A stretch of 51,817 nt of DNA from Thermoanaerobaculales bacterium (GTDB lineage: Bacteria > Acidobacteriota > Thermoanaerobaculia > Thermoanaerobaculales > Sulfomarinibacteraceae). A program made the position numbers and the translations under genes. The notes under the pieces were generated by a model, which searched no databases, was not told the DNA's origin, and saw only the letters and a list, made by a program, of their open reading frames with translations. Shown here one piece after another: positions 26,604-36,365 of this stretch. Location of the stretch: positions 1 to 51,817 of the forward strand of contig JANTFG010000002.1 in the NCBI GenBank assembly GCA_024763555.1, given 5' to 3'. Each line of letters begins with the position of its first letter. The stretch's first letter is position 1.

Positions 26604-27505
26604 TCTGCTGAGGTTTCAATGGCCCGGTGGGCCGCCACTCCGGAATCGACCGCCTCATAATTCAGCTCGCTTCCCCGCATCGAGTGGGGAATGAGGTAGA
26701 CGACCATCATGAGAATTGAGGCCAGGACCACCAGGATCCGGCCCACCCACTCCCTTTTCAGGGGCTTGAATCCGATGACCATGCAGGCCAGCACCCACAC
26801 GATCCACATGATCAGCACCTTGTTGTCGGTCAGATCGCCCCCGAATGGCCAGCCGGTCCAGTAGGCGCCGAAGGCATATTTCTGGACGATCGGACCCAGC
26901 ACCATGCCGCCGACGGTCATGCCGATCAACGTCACCCAGGCGCTCCAACGCATCCCGGAGGGCTGGAAAATGGCTGCAAGTCCGGTCCGGATGCCGAAGA
27001 GGACTGCAAAGAACATCATGAAGATATGGGGAATCAGCACGCCGGCCGGCACCGGATCCTTGTAGCGAAGGATGACCGTATCTTCCCCGCCGGCCGATGG
27101 AAGGTGCAAAGTGTCGCCCGCGCCCTCAATCGTCAGGAAATACTCGATCTTGCCCGCAGCCGGCTGAATGGGAAGGGCTGCGACACAGTCCCCGGACTCG
27201 GTACTGCAGTCCATCTCCTCGATCGTGAAGTCCTCGGAAGTGGGATAACGCCGCCAGTGAATGTAGGCGGTCCACTGCGCTCCGGGTGCCGGAATTCGGA
27301 CCTCCGCCTTCTCGGTTGTGATGCCGCTGCGCCTCAGGCGGAAACTGTGCTCCTGCCCGTCTACGGTGTAGGAACCACGCAGAGGGTGGGTGGGTCCGGT
27401 CAGACGCTGATACACCACCGAGGCCATCATCAGGATGACCGCCAGGAACCAGATGGCGATCTTCAGGCGCCTCGCTCTTCTCTTCGATGAATTCTGCTCT
27501 TCCAT
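26600..27505 (-). CDS. hypothetical membrane protein with extracytoplasmic N-terminal domain
   Basis: The start is set at ATG 27505 (MEEQNSSKRRARRLKIAIWFLAV), preceded by AAGGAG. A TM anchor and a soluble domain are followed by about 5 TM helices. Confidence 0.55.
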   Translation of the reverse strand: MEEQNSSKRRARRLKIAIWFLAVILMMASVVYQRLTGPTHPLRGSYTVDGQEHSFRLRRSGITTEKAEVRIPAPGAQWTAYIHWRRYPTSEDFTIEEMDCSTESGDCVAALPIQPAAGKIEYFLTIEGAGDTLHLPSAGGEDTVILRYKDPVPAGVLIPHIFMMFFAVLFGIRTGLAAIFQPSGMRWSAWVTLIGMTVGGMVLGPIVQKYAFGAYWTGWPFGGDLTDNKVLIMWIVWVLACMVIGFKPLKREWVGRILVVLASILMMVVYLIPHSMRGSELNYEAVDSGVAAHRAIETSAE

Positions 27506-27733
27506 CCCGACTCCTTCACCAACAGTGGTATTCAACACGGTCTCAGGCCTGGAGATTCCCGACTCGACAATCCAGCCGGAGTCTGCTCTACTCTCCCCGA
27601 GCCTCCCCGGAGGAGCAGGCATCGGCGCCGGAGGGCCCGATCTTGAGGAGGGTATCATGAGTCCGGATATTTCCGGCGTCTTGACCGACCGGAAAATCCG
27701 GCTCATGGGGCTCGAAATGAGGTCTGATCAGCA

Positions 27734-29203
27734 ATGAGAATCCTGATGGTCACCAGCGAGTTTGCACCCCTGGCCAAGGCCGGGGGCCTGGCCGACGCGG
27801 TTTCGGCGCTTTCGATTCAACTGCAGCGGATGGGCCACGATGTCCGCGTCGTCATGCCGCGTTATTACAACATCGACCGCAATCGTCTCGAAGTTTCCCC
27901 GGGGGAACTGGGCGTACCTCTTGGTTTCTCTCAGGCCTGGTGCGGCGTCTTCGAAACCCGCGTCAAGGGCGTTCCGATCTCGCTGCTGGACCACGAGGAA
28001 CTTTACGGCCGCAGCGGCATCTACGGTTCGCGAGAGGAACCTGATTTTCATGACAATGTCCGCCGCTTCACCCTGCTGTGCCGGGGCGCCCTCCAGCTGG
28101 TGAAGCGGTGGCATTGGGAGCCCGAGGTACTTCACGCCCACGACTGGCCGGCGGCCCTGGCGCCGATTTACCTCAACACCTGGGAGCGGCATGGCCTCTT
28201 CGAGGAGACCGGCTCTGTCTTGAGCATCCACAACCTCGGCTACCAGGGCCTCTACGACAAACACGAGATCGTCCACACACAGCTGGCATGGGAAGATTTC
28301 CACGGCACCGGCCTGGAGCATTACGATCGTCTCAACCTGCTCAAAGGCGGTCTGGAAAACGCCCATCAGCTAACCACCGTTTCACCGACATACGCCCGGG
28401 AGATCCAGACTCCTGAGTTCGGCTGGGGATTGGACGGACTGCTGAGGAGACGCTCGGAAGACCTGCATGGCATCCTCAACGGTATGGACTATGAAGAATG
28501 GAACCCCGAGGATGACCCTCTGATCCCCGGACATTTTTCAGAGGAGGACCTCTCGGGGAAGGAAATCAATCGAAAGGCCCTTCGCAGGGAGATGGGGCTT
28601 CCCGATGACCCGGGCCGTCCCATCATCGGTATGGTCTCGCGCCTGGTCGATCAGAAGGGATTCGGTGAACTCTGCGGGCCGAGCTACGGCTCGCTCTATC
28701 AGATCTGTGATGAGATGGAATTGGATTTCGTCATCCTCGGGACAGGTGACAGCTGGTGCGAGAAGGAACTGCGCTCTCTGGCCTCACGGCTCCCCAACCT
28801 CAAAGTCCGCCTCGCCTTCAACAACGCCCTTTCCCATTTGATCGAAGCCGGATCCGATTTCTTTCTGATGCCGAGCCGCTACGAGCCCTGCGGGTTGAAC
28901 CAGATGTACTCCCTGCGCTATGGCACGCTGCCCATTGTGCATCGAACCGGGGGGCTTGCGGACACCGTTGAGAACTACGAGCAGGAGACGGGTGAAGGCA
29001 CCGGTTTCGTTTTTGACCGGCTCTCACCCCGATCGATTTACGATACGGTCGGGTGGGCGATCTGGACCTGGTACAACCGTCCAAAGCATATTGACACAAT
29101 GCGTCGACGCGCCATGAGCCGTCGTTTCAGCTGGGAAGGATCAGCCCAGAGCTATCTCGAGGTCTATCGACGGGCGATCAGGCGGCGCAAGGGAGTCCTC
29201 TAG
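27734..29203 (+). CDS. glgA: glycogen synthase (ADP-glucose type)
   Basis: MRILMVTSEFAPLAKAGGLADAV is the canonical GlgA KxGGL N-terminus, and the protein has full GT5 length. Confidence 0.92.
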   Translation: MRILMVTSEFAPLAKAGGLADAVSALSIQLQRMGHDVRVVMPRYYNIDRNRLEVSPGELGVPLGFSQAWCGVFETRVKGVPISLLDHEELYGRSGIYGSREEPDFHDNVRRFTLLCRGALQLVKRWHWEPEVLHAHDWPAALAPIYLNTWERHGLFEETGSVLSIHNLGYQGLYDKHEIVHTQLAWEDFHGTGLEHYDRLNLLKGGLENAHQLTTVSPTYAREIQTPEFGWGLDGLLRRRSEDLHGILNGMDYEEWNPEDDPLIPGHFSEEDLSGKEINRKALRREMGLPDDPGRPIIGMVSRLVDQKGFGELCGPSYGSLYQICDEMELDFVILGTGDSWCEKELRSLASRLPNLKVRLAFNNALSHLIEAGSDFFLMPSRYEPCGLNQMYSLRYGTLPIVHRTGGLADTVENYEQETGEGTGFVFDRLSPRSIYDTVGWAIWTWYNRPKHIDTMRRRAMSRRFSWEGSAQSYLEVYRRAIRRRKGVL

Positions 29204-30169
29204 ATGAAGCATGAATTCGAGAAAATACAGAAACTGCTCTGGGACTACGCCCCCCAGCGCACCCTGACCACTGCATCCCGATGCGGCATACTCCAGCGCC
29301 TGGCCCGTTCCGCCGCCACGGTTGAGACCGTCTCCGAGGGCCTCAATCTCTCAAAGGACGCGACCGACAAGGTCGTCAGGGCCCTCGTCGCGATGGAAAT
29401 CCTCGAAAGGAAAGGCGAGACATTCGAGCTGATCGAGGATTTCAAGCCCTTCTTCAGCGGGGGCTCGGAGGATCTCAGCCCCTTCCTGGAACATTCGCAC
29501 TGGATGTACGAGAACTGGGGCGCCAGCCTTGAGACCTGGCTGCGGAGCGGAAAGTGGCCCCGACGGGAGAGAAGTCTCGAGGAAATTCGGGTTTTCGCGA
29601 AGGCCATGAGGGCCATCGGTCGTCAGACGGCTCGTACGACCCTGGATCAGATCGATCTTGAGGAGGTCCGGAGCGTCCTCGATATCGGCGGCAGTCTTGG
29701 ACACTGGGCAGAGGAATTCTGCAGGAGAGTTCCCGGGCTGAAAGCAACGGTCTTCGACATCCCGGAGAATGCCGAAGCGGGAAGAGAGGCCTTCAGGGAC
29801 ACCGAGTTCGAAGATCGCATTTCATTCCTTGGAGGCGATTATCTCTCAGACGACTTCGGCGCCGGCTACGATCTCGCATTACTTGCAAACATCCTCCACC
29901 AGGAACACGCGGCGGCGGCCTCCCGGCTGATCCGGAGGGCGGCTGACAGCCTGTCGCCCGGAGGACGCCTCTGCGTGGTTGACTTCCGAATTGACGAAGA
30001 TCGCTGCTCGCCCCTGTTCGGAACTCTCTTCACCATCCACATGCGCGACTTCGGCAACACCTGGACCGAAAAGAACATTTCGGGCTGGATGCGGGATGCG
30101 GGCCTCGAGCAGATCGAGCGGAAAGATCTCAATCCCAGCCGTTGGCTGATTTCAGGCAGAAAGATCTGA
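29204..30169 (+). CDS. class I SAM-dependent O-methyltransferase (with N-terminal winged-helix/dimerisation domain)
   Basis: It has the SAM motif VLDIGGSLGHWA and a downstream acidic loop in a Methyltransf_2-like layout. The ATG directly abuts the glgA stop. Confidence 0.7.
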   Translation: MKHEFEKIQKLLWDYAPQRTLTTASRCGILQRLARSAATVETVSEGLNLSKDATDKVVRALVAMEILERKGETFELIEDFKPFFSGGSEDLSPFLEHSHWMYENWGASLETWLRSGKWPRRERSLEEIRVFAKAMRAIGRQTARTTLDQIDLEEVRSVLDIGGSLGHWAEEFCRRVPGLKATVFDIPENAEAGREAFRDTEFEDRISFLGGDYLSDDFGAGYDLALLANILHQEHAAAASRLIRRAADSLSPGGRLCVVDFRIDEDRCSPLFGTLFTIHMRDFGNTWTEKNISGWMRDAGLEQIERKDLNPSRWLISGRKI

Positions 30170-30273
30170 GCTCAGCACGGGCGAGAAGGCTCAGGAGGGC
30201 GAGCAGGTGAGTCCGGAGGGCTCTCCTGGAAATGGACCCACAGACGCCCGATAGGCGCCTTCAACTCGATGTC

Positions 30274-30975
30274 CTACAGGCCCGTAGACCAGGCATCTGC
30301 ACTTCCATCCTCGAAACCATCCGCGAAGATCATCGTGTGGTCAACGACTCTGATGTTGTCGATGCGCTGCCTGACGGTTGAGGGATAGTAGGAACCATGG
30401 GAAAAATCGAAGAGGGTGGTGCAATCATCATTCAAGGGGAGAGCATCAACAATCTGAGCTCCATCGATCCAGAGCCAGGCCTTATCCACACCGCAGTCGA
30501 TCCGGTAGCGAAGACTGTAGGCCGTATTCGTACTCCAGGTGAAGCCGGTAAGCGTTCCACAGAACTGAAGAGACCCGTCTTCCAACCATCGAATATTGTT
30601 AACGATGTTGCCTGAGGCCGAATGTACGGTCATTCCCTGAGAGGCAACATAACTCCCGCTCCCTGCCGAATCTTCAAGTATCATGAAATCCCAGGTGGCC
30701 TCGAAAATTTCCGGGCTCGTGAGCGGCATATACTGAACAGCAAAACCACCATCAGTTACCGTATCCGTGCTTTCCAGAGCCTGACTCCCAAATTCGTTGA
30801 CGATCACCTGAGAACCGGCTCCGTAGTAATAGACATCTCCAACATCCGCACCGCCAGGGCCACCGCCGAGCGTATCCCCTTCAAAATCATCCTGGATGAT
30901 GACGACATCGCCGGCGTAAAGCTGAACCGTAAGAAAAGCAATTAAACAAACGAGAATTGACAATATCTTGGCCAT
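30274..30975 (-). CDS. secreted hypothetical protein (lectin/LamG-like beta-sandwich suspected)
   Basis: The start is set at ATG 30975 (MAKILSILVCLIAFLTVQLYA signal peptide), preceded by AGGAGG. The gene is visibly more AT-rich than its neighbours. It ends in FADGFEDGSADAWSTGL. Confidence 0.6.
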   Translation of the reverse strand: MAKILSILVCLIAFLTVQLYAGDVVIIQDDFEGDTLGGGPGGADVGDVYYYGAGSQVIVNEFGSQALESTDTVTDGGFAVQYMPLTSPEIFEATWDFMILEDSAGSGSYVASQGMTVHSASGNIVNNIRWLEDGSLQFCGTLTGFTWSTNTAYSLRYRIDCGVDKAWLWIDGAQIVDALPLNDDCTTLFDFSHGSYYPSTVRQRIDNIRVVDHTMIFADGFEDGSADAWSTGL

Positions 30976-31074
30976 TCGATACAACCTCCTTTGAACCGAA
31001 TTATATCTGATGCCTGATCTTGAATCGAGGAAGGAGCAAGGAAGAGGTATTTCCGCTGCGCGCACTCTCCCCTC

Positions 31075-32058
31075 TCAGGCGCCGTATCTTTTCTCCAGCA
31101 TCACCAGATCCGAATGGAGATCGAAGGCCAGACGTCCCCTCGTGCCGGGCGCGAGAAGATCGAGTTCCAAAGAGGGCTCAACTTCCAGACGGAGCCCGGC
31201 CTCTCGCCTGTGGAGATTGACAGAGTGCAGCGGATAGCTGCCCTCCCGCAAGTCCACACGCCAGAACTCCTCTCCCCCCTTGATCTCAAATACAGCCCGC
31301 TCTCCCCGCTCCGACAGAACTTCGAGTTCCCCGCCTTTTTCGGACAGCTCCCGGACATCGGCCCGAATTCCGAAGAAAACAGCTGGATCAGGAGCAAAGT
31401 CGGCCTTCAGCGGACGCGAAATACTCAGCACCGTCCCGACAACTCCGGCATCCTCCTGCCCGGGGCCCGGCAAACCCTCGACCAGGGCCGGATCCATGCG
31501 CATCCCCCGGATGAAGATCCGGTCGAGCTCGACCCGGGACACGGGAAGCTCGAGCCGACAGAAGAGATCCTCGATACTCAGCCTCCCCGCTTTGAGGAGA
31601 TAACGCTCCATGGCGCCAAAGCAGAGGAGATCAAAAGGGAATCCTCCGCCCGGGGCCGATGCACCGCAGTCGATGAAAATCTCCTCCTCACCCGCAGCCT
31701 CGCGCAGGATCCGCTTCTCCGCCACTCGATAGACGGCGTCCGCACCCTCTTCCTCGGCATCCCCAAGCCTCACCGGAAGTCCCGGCGCAACGAAGGCGCC
31801 ATTGATCCGGGTCCAGGGCCAGGCGATCCCGAAGGCAGAGCCCACCTCCGCCTCTCCCGCGCCGAAGAAATCCAGTGTCCGGCGACATTCTTCCGGACTG
31901 AGAAAAAATCCACGATCGAAGATCTCCTCAAGGCTCTCATGCTTTGAAGACTCTCCTCTCCTGAGTGGCATGGCCCTGAAACAGAGGGCCAGAGCTTCGG
32001 CCCGGCCCTGGGCGGAATCGACCCCGGCGCTCAGCAGAAGATCTTCGATATCCGTCAT
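31075..32058 (-). CDS. hypothetical protein translationally coupled to pdxT
   Basis: The start is set at ATG 32058 (MTDIEDLL), which overlaps the pdxT stop as TGATG. No family is recognised. Confidence 0.5.
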   Translation of the reverse strand: MTDIEDLLLSAGVDSAQGRAEALALCFRAMPLRRGESSKHESLEEIFDRGFFLSPEECRRTLDFFGAGEAEVGSAFGIAWPWTRINGAFVAPGLPVRLGDAEEEGADAVYRVAEKRILREAAGEEEIFIDCGASAPGGGFPFDLLCFGAMERYLLKAGRLSIEDLFCRLELPVSRVELDRIFIRGMRMDPALVEGLPGPGQEDAGVVGTVLSISRPLKADFAPDPAVFFGIRADVRELSEKGGELEVLSERGERAVFEIKGGEEFWRVDLREGSYPLHSVNLHRREAGLRLEVEPSLELDLLAPGTRGRLAFDLHSDLVMLEKRYGA

Positions 32059-32627
32059 CAGAGAAGATCCAGGAAGAGGGAATGAACCCAGCCATCGGAT
32101 CCAAGCTCGGGGTGAAAAGTCGCCGCGATCATCGCTCCCTGGCGAACGAGAACGGGATCGTCCTTCCGCCATGCCAGCACTTCAACCGACGGACCCATCC
32201 GCAGGATTTTCGGCGCCCGGATGAACACACCTTCGACGCCGGCGGCTTCAGGTTCCGCTCTCCGGAGCTTCTCAACCGAGGAGTACAGCTGCCGTCCGTA
32301 GGCATTCCGTTCCACATCGATATCCAGCGCACCGAGGCTCCGCTGCTCCGGGATCACCTTCTTCGCAAGGAGGATGACCCCGGCGCAGGTGGCAAGAACC
32401 GGCATCCCTTCTCCGATCAGCCCGCCGAGGATCTCGAAGAGATTCTCAGGCTCCATCAGTCGCAGCATGGCGGAGGATTCTCCCCCGGGCAGTACCAGTC
32501 CATCCAGGCCGATACAGTCTGAAGCGGACCTCAGCCGGCGGGTCTGAAGGCCGAGTTCCGAGAGGAATCCCTCGTGGGCGGAAAAATCACCCTGGAGGGC
32601 AAGGACTCCAATGGTCTTACCAGCCAC
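32058..32627 (-). CDS. pdxT: pyridoxal 5'-phosphate synthase glutaminase subunit
   Basis: [14 protein letters not shown] and [11 protein letters not shown] are present, and the length is typical of PdxT. Confidence 0.92.
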   Translation of the reverse strand: MAGKTIGVLALQGDFSAHEGFLSELGLQTRRLRSASDCIGLDGLVLPGGESSAMLRLMEPENLFEILGGLIGEGMPVLATCAGVILLAKKVIPEQRSLGALDIDVERNAYGRQLYSSVEKLRRAEPEAAGVEGVFIRAPKILRMGPSVEVLAWRKDDPVLVRQGAMIAATFHPELGSDGWVHSLFLDLL

Positions 32628-33504
32628 GGCGGGAGAGCATTTCCTCTGGGGTCAGTTTTCCGGAATCAAGACCGGACATCGCATCCTTCAGACCCCTGGA
32701 GATCTCGACCAGCTTCGCGGGATCCTGCCAATGCGTCACGGCCTGAACAATGGCACGCGCCCGCGGCGCAGGATCCTCCGCCTTGAAGATTCCTGAGCCG
32801 ACGAAAACCGCCTCAGCGCCCAGCATCATCACCAGGGCCGCGTCAGCCGGTGTGGCAACACCGCCCGCCGCGAAGTTCGGGACGGGGAGTTTTCCGTGCT
32901 CGGCCACCCAACAGACGAGGTCATAGGGCGCCTGGATCTCTTTGGCGTAGGCCATCCGCTCATTCTCATCGAGGATCGTCAGCGTCCGGATACCACGCAT
33001 CACGGCCCGCATGTGACGCACGCCCTCGACGATATCTCCGGAACCCGCCTCGCCCTTGGTACGCATCATCGCCGCGCCCTCACCGATGCGGCGCAGGGCT
33101 TCACCGAGATTCCGGCAACCACAGACGAACGGAACTTTGAAGTTGTGCTTATTGACGTGGTTTTCGTCATCCGCGGGGGTCAGGACCTCGGACTCATCGA
33201 TGAAGTCCACCTCCATCGCCTCGAGCATCCGTGCCTCGGCGATATGTCCAATCCGACTCTTGGCCATCACAGGGATGGAAACCGTCTCCTGGATTTCGCG
33301 AATTTTCTCAATGCTCGCCATTCGGGCCACACCACCCTGTACGCGGATATCCGCAGGAACCCTCTCCAGCGCCATCACCGCGGCCGCGCCCGCATCTTCG
33401 GCGATCCTCGCCTGCTCGGCCGAGGTAACATCCATGATCACCCCACCCTTGAGCATCTCCGCCAGACCAACTTTGACACGAAAATCTTCTTCGAGAAAAC
33501 CCAT
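32617..33504 (-). CDS. pdxS: pyridoxal 5'-phosphate synthase lyase subunit
   Basis: [42 protein letters not shown] is the canonical PdxS sequence. The start is set at ATG 33504, preceded by GAGGAGG. Confidence 0.93.
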   Translation of the reverse strand: MGFLEEDFRVKVGLAEMLKGGVIMDVTSAEQARIAEDAGAAAVMALERVPADIRVQGGVARMASIEKIREIQETVSIPVMAKSRIGHIAEARMLEAMEVDFIDESEVLTPADDENHVNKHNFKVPFVCGCRNLGEALRRIGEGAAMMRTKGEAGSGDIVEGVRHMRAVMRGIRTLTILDENERMAYAKEIQAPYDLVCWVAEHGKLPVPNFAAGGVATPADAALVMMLGAEAVFVGSGIFKAEDPAPRARAIVQAVTHWQDPAKLVEISRGLKDAMSGLDSGKLTPEEMLSRRGW

Positions 33505-33570
33505 TCCAAACCTCCTCAGACGCCGCCATTGTACACCCCGATCGGGCTTCAGGCACATGGTCTCGAACAA

Positions 33571-33598
33571 TAAAAAAGCCCGCCGGTCAGCGGGCTTC
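33571..33598 (-). terminator. rho-independent terminator after tsf
   Basis: The minus strand reads GAAGCCCGC-TGAC-CGGCGGGCTT followed by TTTTTTATT. Confidence 0.75.
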
Positions 33599-33617
33599 AA
33601 ACTTCAGACAGGATCGC

Positions 33618-34463
33618 TCAGGCACTCTCTCCGAGCTGGTAACGCACGAAGCGCAGAACCGTGGCGCCATCACCGCAGCTCTGCTTGAGATACTCGCCGA
33701 CCGAAATGGAAGGATCCTTGGCAAAAGGCTGTTCGAGAAGAACCTCCTGCTCGAAGAATTTCTCCATCTTCCCGGTGACGATTTTCTCGGCGATGTGTTC
33801 CGGCTTGCCGGACTCGACGGCCTGCTTGAGGGCAATCTCCTTCTCGGTATCGAGGATATCTTTCGTCACCTCGTCCCGGGAAACAAAACGCGGAGAGGAC
33901 GCGGCGACGTGCAGGGCCACGTCATGAAGCGCTTCTTCGCTGACCTGCTCGCTGCCCTCGACGACGACGCCCATTTTCCCACCCATGTGGATGTAGGATC
34001 CCAGGGAGTTGCCCTCTGATGCCTCTAAAACGGTACAGCGGCTCAAGACGATATTCTCACCAATCAGCGCAATCTTCAGGGAAACCGACTGTTCGACCGT
34101 ATGCTCGGGATCACCGCTGAAGGGCTGGGCCTTGAGATCCTCGACACTGGTGAATCCACCATCCAGCACCTGCTTGACGAGAGCCTCGGCGAAAGAACGG
34201 AAATCGTCCAGCTTGGAAACCGGCTCGGTTTCACAGTTGAGCTGGAGGATCGCCATCTTCCGGGCATCGCCCGCCGTCAAAACAACTCCCTCGTTCGCGG
34301 CACGATGCGCCTTTTTCGCCGCAGCGGCCAGACCCTTGGTCCGCAGATACTTGATGGCCTCGTCGAGGTCGCCGCCGACCTCCTGGAGAGCCTTCTTACA
34401 GTCCATCATTCCGGCGCCGGTTCGCTGGCGCAGTTCCTTCACAGCCGCTGCCGTAATTGCCAT
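33618..34463 (-). CDS. tsf: translation elongation factor Ts
   Basis: MAITAAAVKELRQRTGAGMMDCKKALQEVGGDLDEAIKYLRTKG matches EF-Ts. Confidence 0.93.
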   Translation of the reverse strand: MAITAAAVKELRQRTGAGMMDCKKALQEVGGDLDEAIKYLRTKGLAAAAKKAHRAANEGVVLTAGDARKMAILQLNCETEPVSKLDDFRSFAEALVKQVLDGGFTSVEDLKAQPFSGDPEHTVEQSVSLKIALIGENIVLSRCTVLEASEGNSLGSYIHMGGKMGVVVEGSEQVSEEALHDVALHVAASSPRFVSRDEVTKDILDTEKEIALKQAVESGKPEHIAEKIVTGKMEKFFEQEVLLEQPFAKDPSISVGEYLKQSCGDGATVLRFVRYQLGESA

Positions 34464-34483
34464 TTCTCACCTCTCATATCTTG

Positions 34484-34516
34484 AAAAAAGGGCCAGGAGC
34501 TGAGTGCGCCTGGCCC
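34484..34516 (-). terminator. intra-operon hairpin/attenuator between rpsB and tsf
   Basis: The minus strand reads GGGCCAGG-cgcactcagct-CCTGGCCC followed by TTTTTTCAAG. A partial terminator at this position is known for the E. coli rpsB-tsf operon. Confidence 0.6.
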
Positions 34517-34534
34517 GGAAACTCAAATCGAAGT

Positions 34535-35434
34535 TCAGGCCTCTGGTGCTTTGTCCTCAGCCGGGGCCACGTCCGCCTCAGCTTCTTCGACCACGGGCGC
34601 CTCGGCGACAGCAGCCGGAACCGGAGCCGCCTCCTCAACCACGGGCGTTTCCGCCACCGGGGCTTCAGCAGCCTCTTCAGCCGGCGCCGCAGCAGTCTCC
34701 TCGACAGCAGTTTCAGCCTCCGAAGCCTCATCCTCTCCGACAAAACGCTGGTCCACGAGATTGAGACCTTCGAGGACGTTATCCGCGATCCTGGAGGTAA
34801 ACAACCGAATGGCCCGGATGGCATCGTCATTCCCGGGAATCGGGAAATCGATGTCCTCGGGATCACAGTTGGTATCAACAACCGCAATCACCGGAATATC
34901 AAGGCGATTGGCCTCCTGGACCGCGATCCGCTCGTGCTCGGTATCGACCACGAACAGTGCGTCCGGCAGACCATCCATATCCTTGATTCCTCCGAAGGCA
35001 CGCTCCATCTTCCGACGCTGGCGTTCGAGTCCGATGCGTTCCTTCTTCGTCAGGTGGCTGTCCTCATTGGCCAGCGCCGCCTCGATTTCCTTGAAGCGCT
35101 TGACCGACTTCTTGATGGTATCGAAGTTGGTCATTGTCCCACCGAGCCAGCGGTGATTCATGTAGAACATGCCGCAACGAGCCGCTTCGTCCCGGATCGT
35201 ATCCTGAGCCTGGCGCTTGGTACCGACAAAGAGGACGTTGCCCCCGTTGCCCGCGATCTCGCGCACGAACTCCGCCGCCTCTTCGAAGTGCCGAAGAGTC
35301 TTCTGCAGATCTACAATGTGAATCCCGTTCCTCTTTCCGAAGATGAATGGTTTCATCTTGGGGTTCCATCGTCTCGTCTGATGCCCGAAATGGACTCCCG
35401 CCTCGAGCAGCTCTTTCATCTGAATCGTCGCCAC
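34535..35434 (-). CDS. rpsB: 30S ribosomal protein S2 with acidic Ala/Glu/Pro-rich C-terminal extension
   Basis: [27 protein letters not shown] matches S2. The last 65 aa or so are low-complexity A/E/P/V. Confidence 0.93.
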   Translation of the reverse strand: MATIQMKELLEAGVHFGHQTRRWNPKMKPFIFGKRNGIHIVDLQKTLRHFEEAAEFVREIAGNGGNVLFVGTKRQAQDTIRDEAARCGMFYMNHRWLGGTMTNFDTIKKSVKRFKEIEAALANEDSHLTKKERIGLERQRRKMERAFGGIKDMDGLPDALFVVDTEHERIAVQEANRLDIPVIAVVDTNCDPEDIDFPIPGNDDAIRAIRLFTSRIADNVLEGLNLVDQRFVGEDEASEAETAVEETAAAPAEEAAEAPVAETPVVEEAAPVPAAVAEAPVVEEAEADVAPAEDKAPEA

Positions 35435-35445
35435 AACTTTCTCCC

Positions 35446-35838
35446 TTATCTCTTGGAGAACTGGAAGCGCTTACGCGCCTTCGGTTGACCGGGCTTTTTA
35501 CGCTCGACACGCCGGGCATCCCGTGTCAGGAAACCACCGGCCTTGAGCTTCGGACGAAGCTCACCGTTGTACTCCAGCAGCGCTCTGGAAATGCCATGAC
35601 GAATCGCACCGGCCTGACCGGTCGAACCTCCACCACGAACATTGACCAGAATGTCGAACTTATCCTGGGTCTCGGTCAGGAGCAAGGGCTGCCTGATTAC
35701 CATTTTGAGAACCCGGCTCGGAAAGAAATCGTCAAAAGACCTGCGATTGACGATGATATTTCCCGTTCCGGGACGAAGATAGACGCGGGCCACCGCCGTC
35801 TTACGACGCCCTGTCCCGTAATACTGGATCTCAGCCAC
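35446..35838 (-). CDS. rpsI: 30S ribosomal protein S9
   Basis: [14 protein letters not shown] at the N-terminus and [15 protein letters not shown] at the C-terminus match S9. Confidence 0.93.
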   Translation of the reverse strand: MAEIQYYGTGRRKTAVARVYLRPGTGNIIVNRRSFDDFFPSRVLKMVIRQPLLLTETQDKFDILVNVRGGGSTGQAGAIRHGISRALLEYNGELRPKLKAGGFLTRDARRVERKKPGQPKARKRFQFSKR

Positions 35839-35857
35839 GAAGCCTCCCTCTCAAGAT

Positions 35858-36286
35858 CTACAGAGTCATCTGCTTGGGGTTCTGCGCCTGGTGTGGATGA
35901 TCCGGACCGGCGTAGACCTTCAGTTTTTTCAAAAGTTTCCGTCCAAGGCGGTTCTTCGGCAGCATGCCCCAAACCGCAGCACGGATCGCACGTTCGGGAT
36001 ACTTGTCCAGCCGCTCACGAAGCGTCTCGACTTTCAGCCCGCCCGGGTATCCGGAATGGCGATAGTAGAGCTTGTCTTCCATTTTGCGGCCGGTCACGGC
36101 TACCCGCTCGGCGTTCACGACGACAACAAAGTCACCGGTATCGAGAAAAGGCGTGTATTCAGGCTTGTGTTTTCCGCGAAGAACGCGAGCCACCTCAGTT
36201 GCCAGCCTCCCCAGAATCTGATTGGAGGCATCGACCACCACCCAGTCGCGGGAGATCTCGTCCGGTTTGGGAAAATAAGTACGCAT
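35858..36286 (-). CDS. rplM: 50S ribosomal protein L13
   Basis: [30 protein letters not shown] matches L13. The start at 36286 gives 142 aa, although the adjacent ATG at 36289 is also possible. Confidence 0.92.
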   Translation of the reverse strand: MRTYFPKPDEISRDWVVVDASNQILGRLATEVARVLRGKHKPEYTPFLDTGDFVVVVNAERVAVTGRKMEDKLYYRHSGYPGGLKVETLRERLDKYPERAIRAAVWGMLPKNRLGRKLLKKLKVYAGPDHPHQAQNPKQMTL

Positions 36287-36336
36287 CATCAGATCCTCAC
36301 AATTGCTTGAACCCTGTGGAGACACAGGGGAGCAGG

Positions 36337-36365
36337 ACTCTACCGAAGCGTGGCACTGGTGTCAA
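36337..36365 (-). promoter_or_regulatory. sigma70-type promoter for the rplM-rpsI-rpsB-tsf block
   Basis: The minus strand reads TTGACA (36365..36360), a 17-nt spacer, then TAGAGT (36342..36337). The -35 overlaps the stop codon of the upstream gene. Confidence 0.5.
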
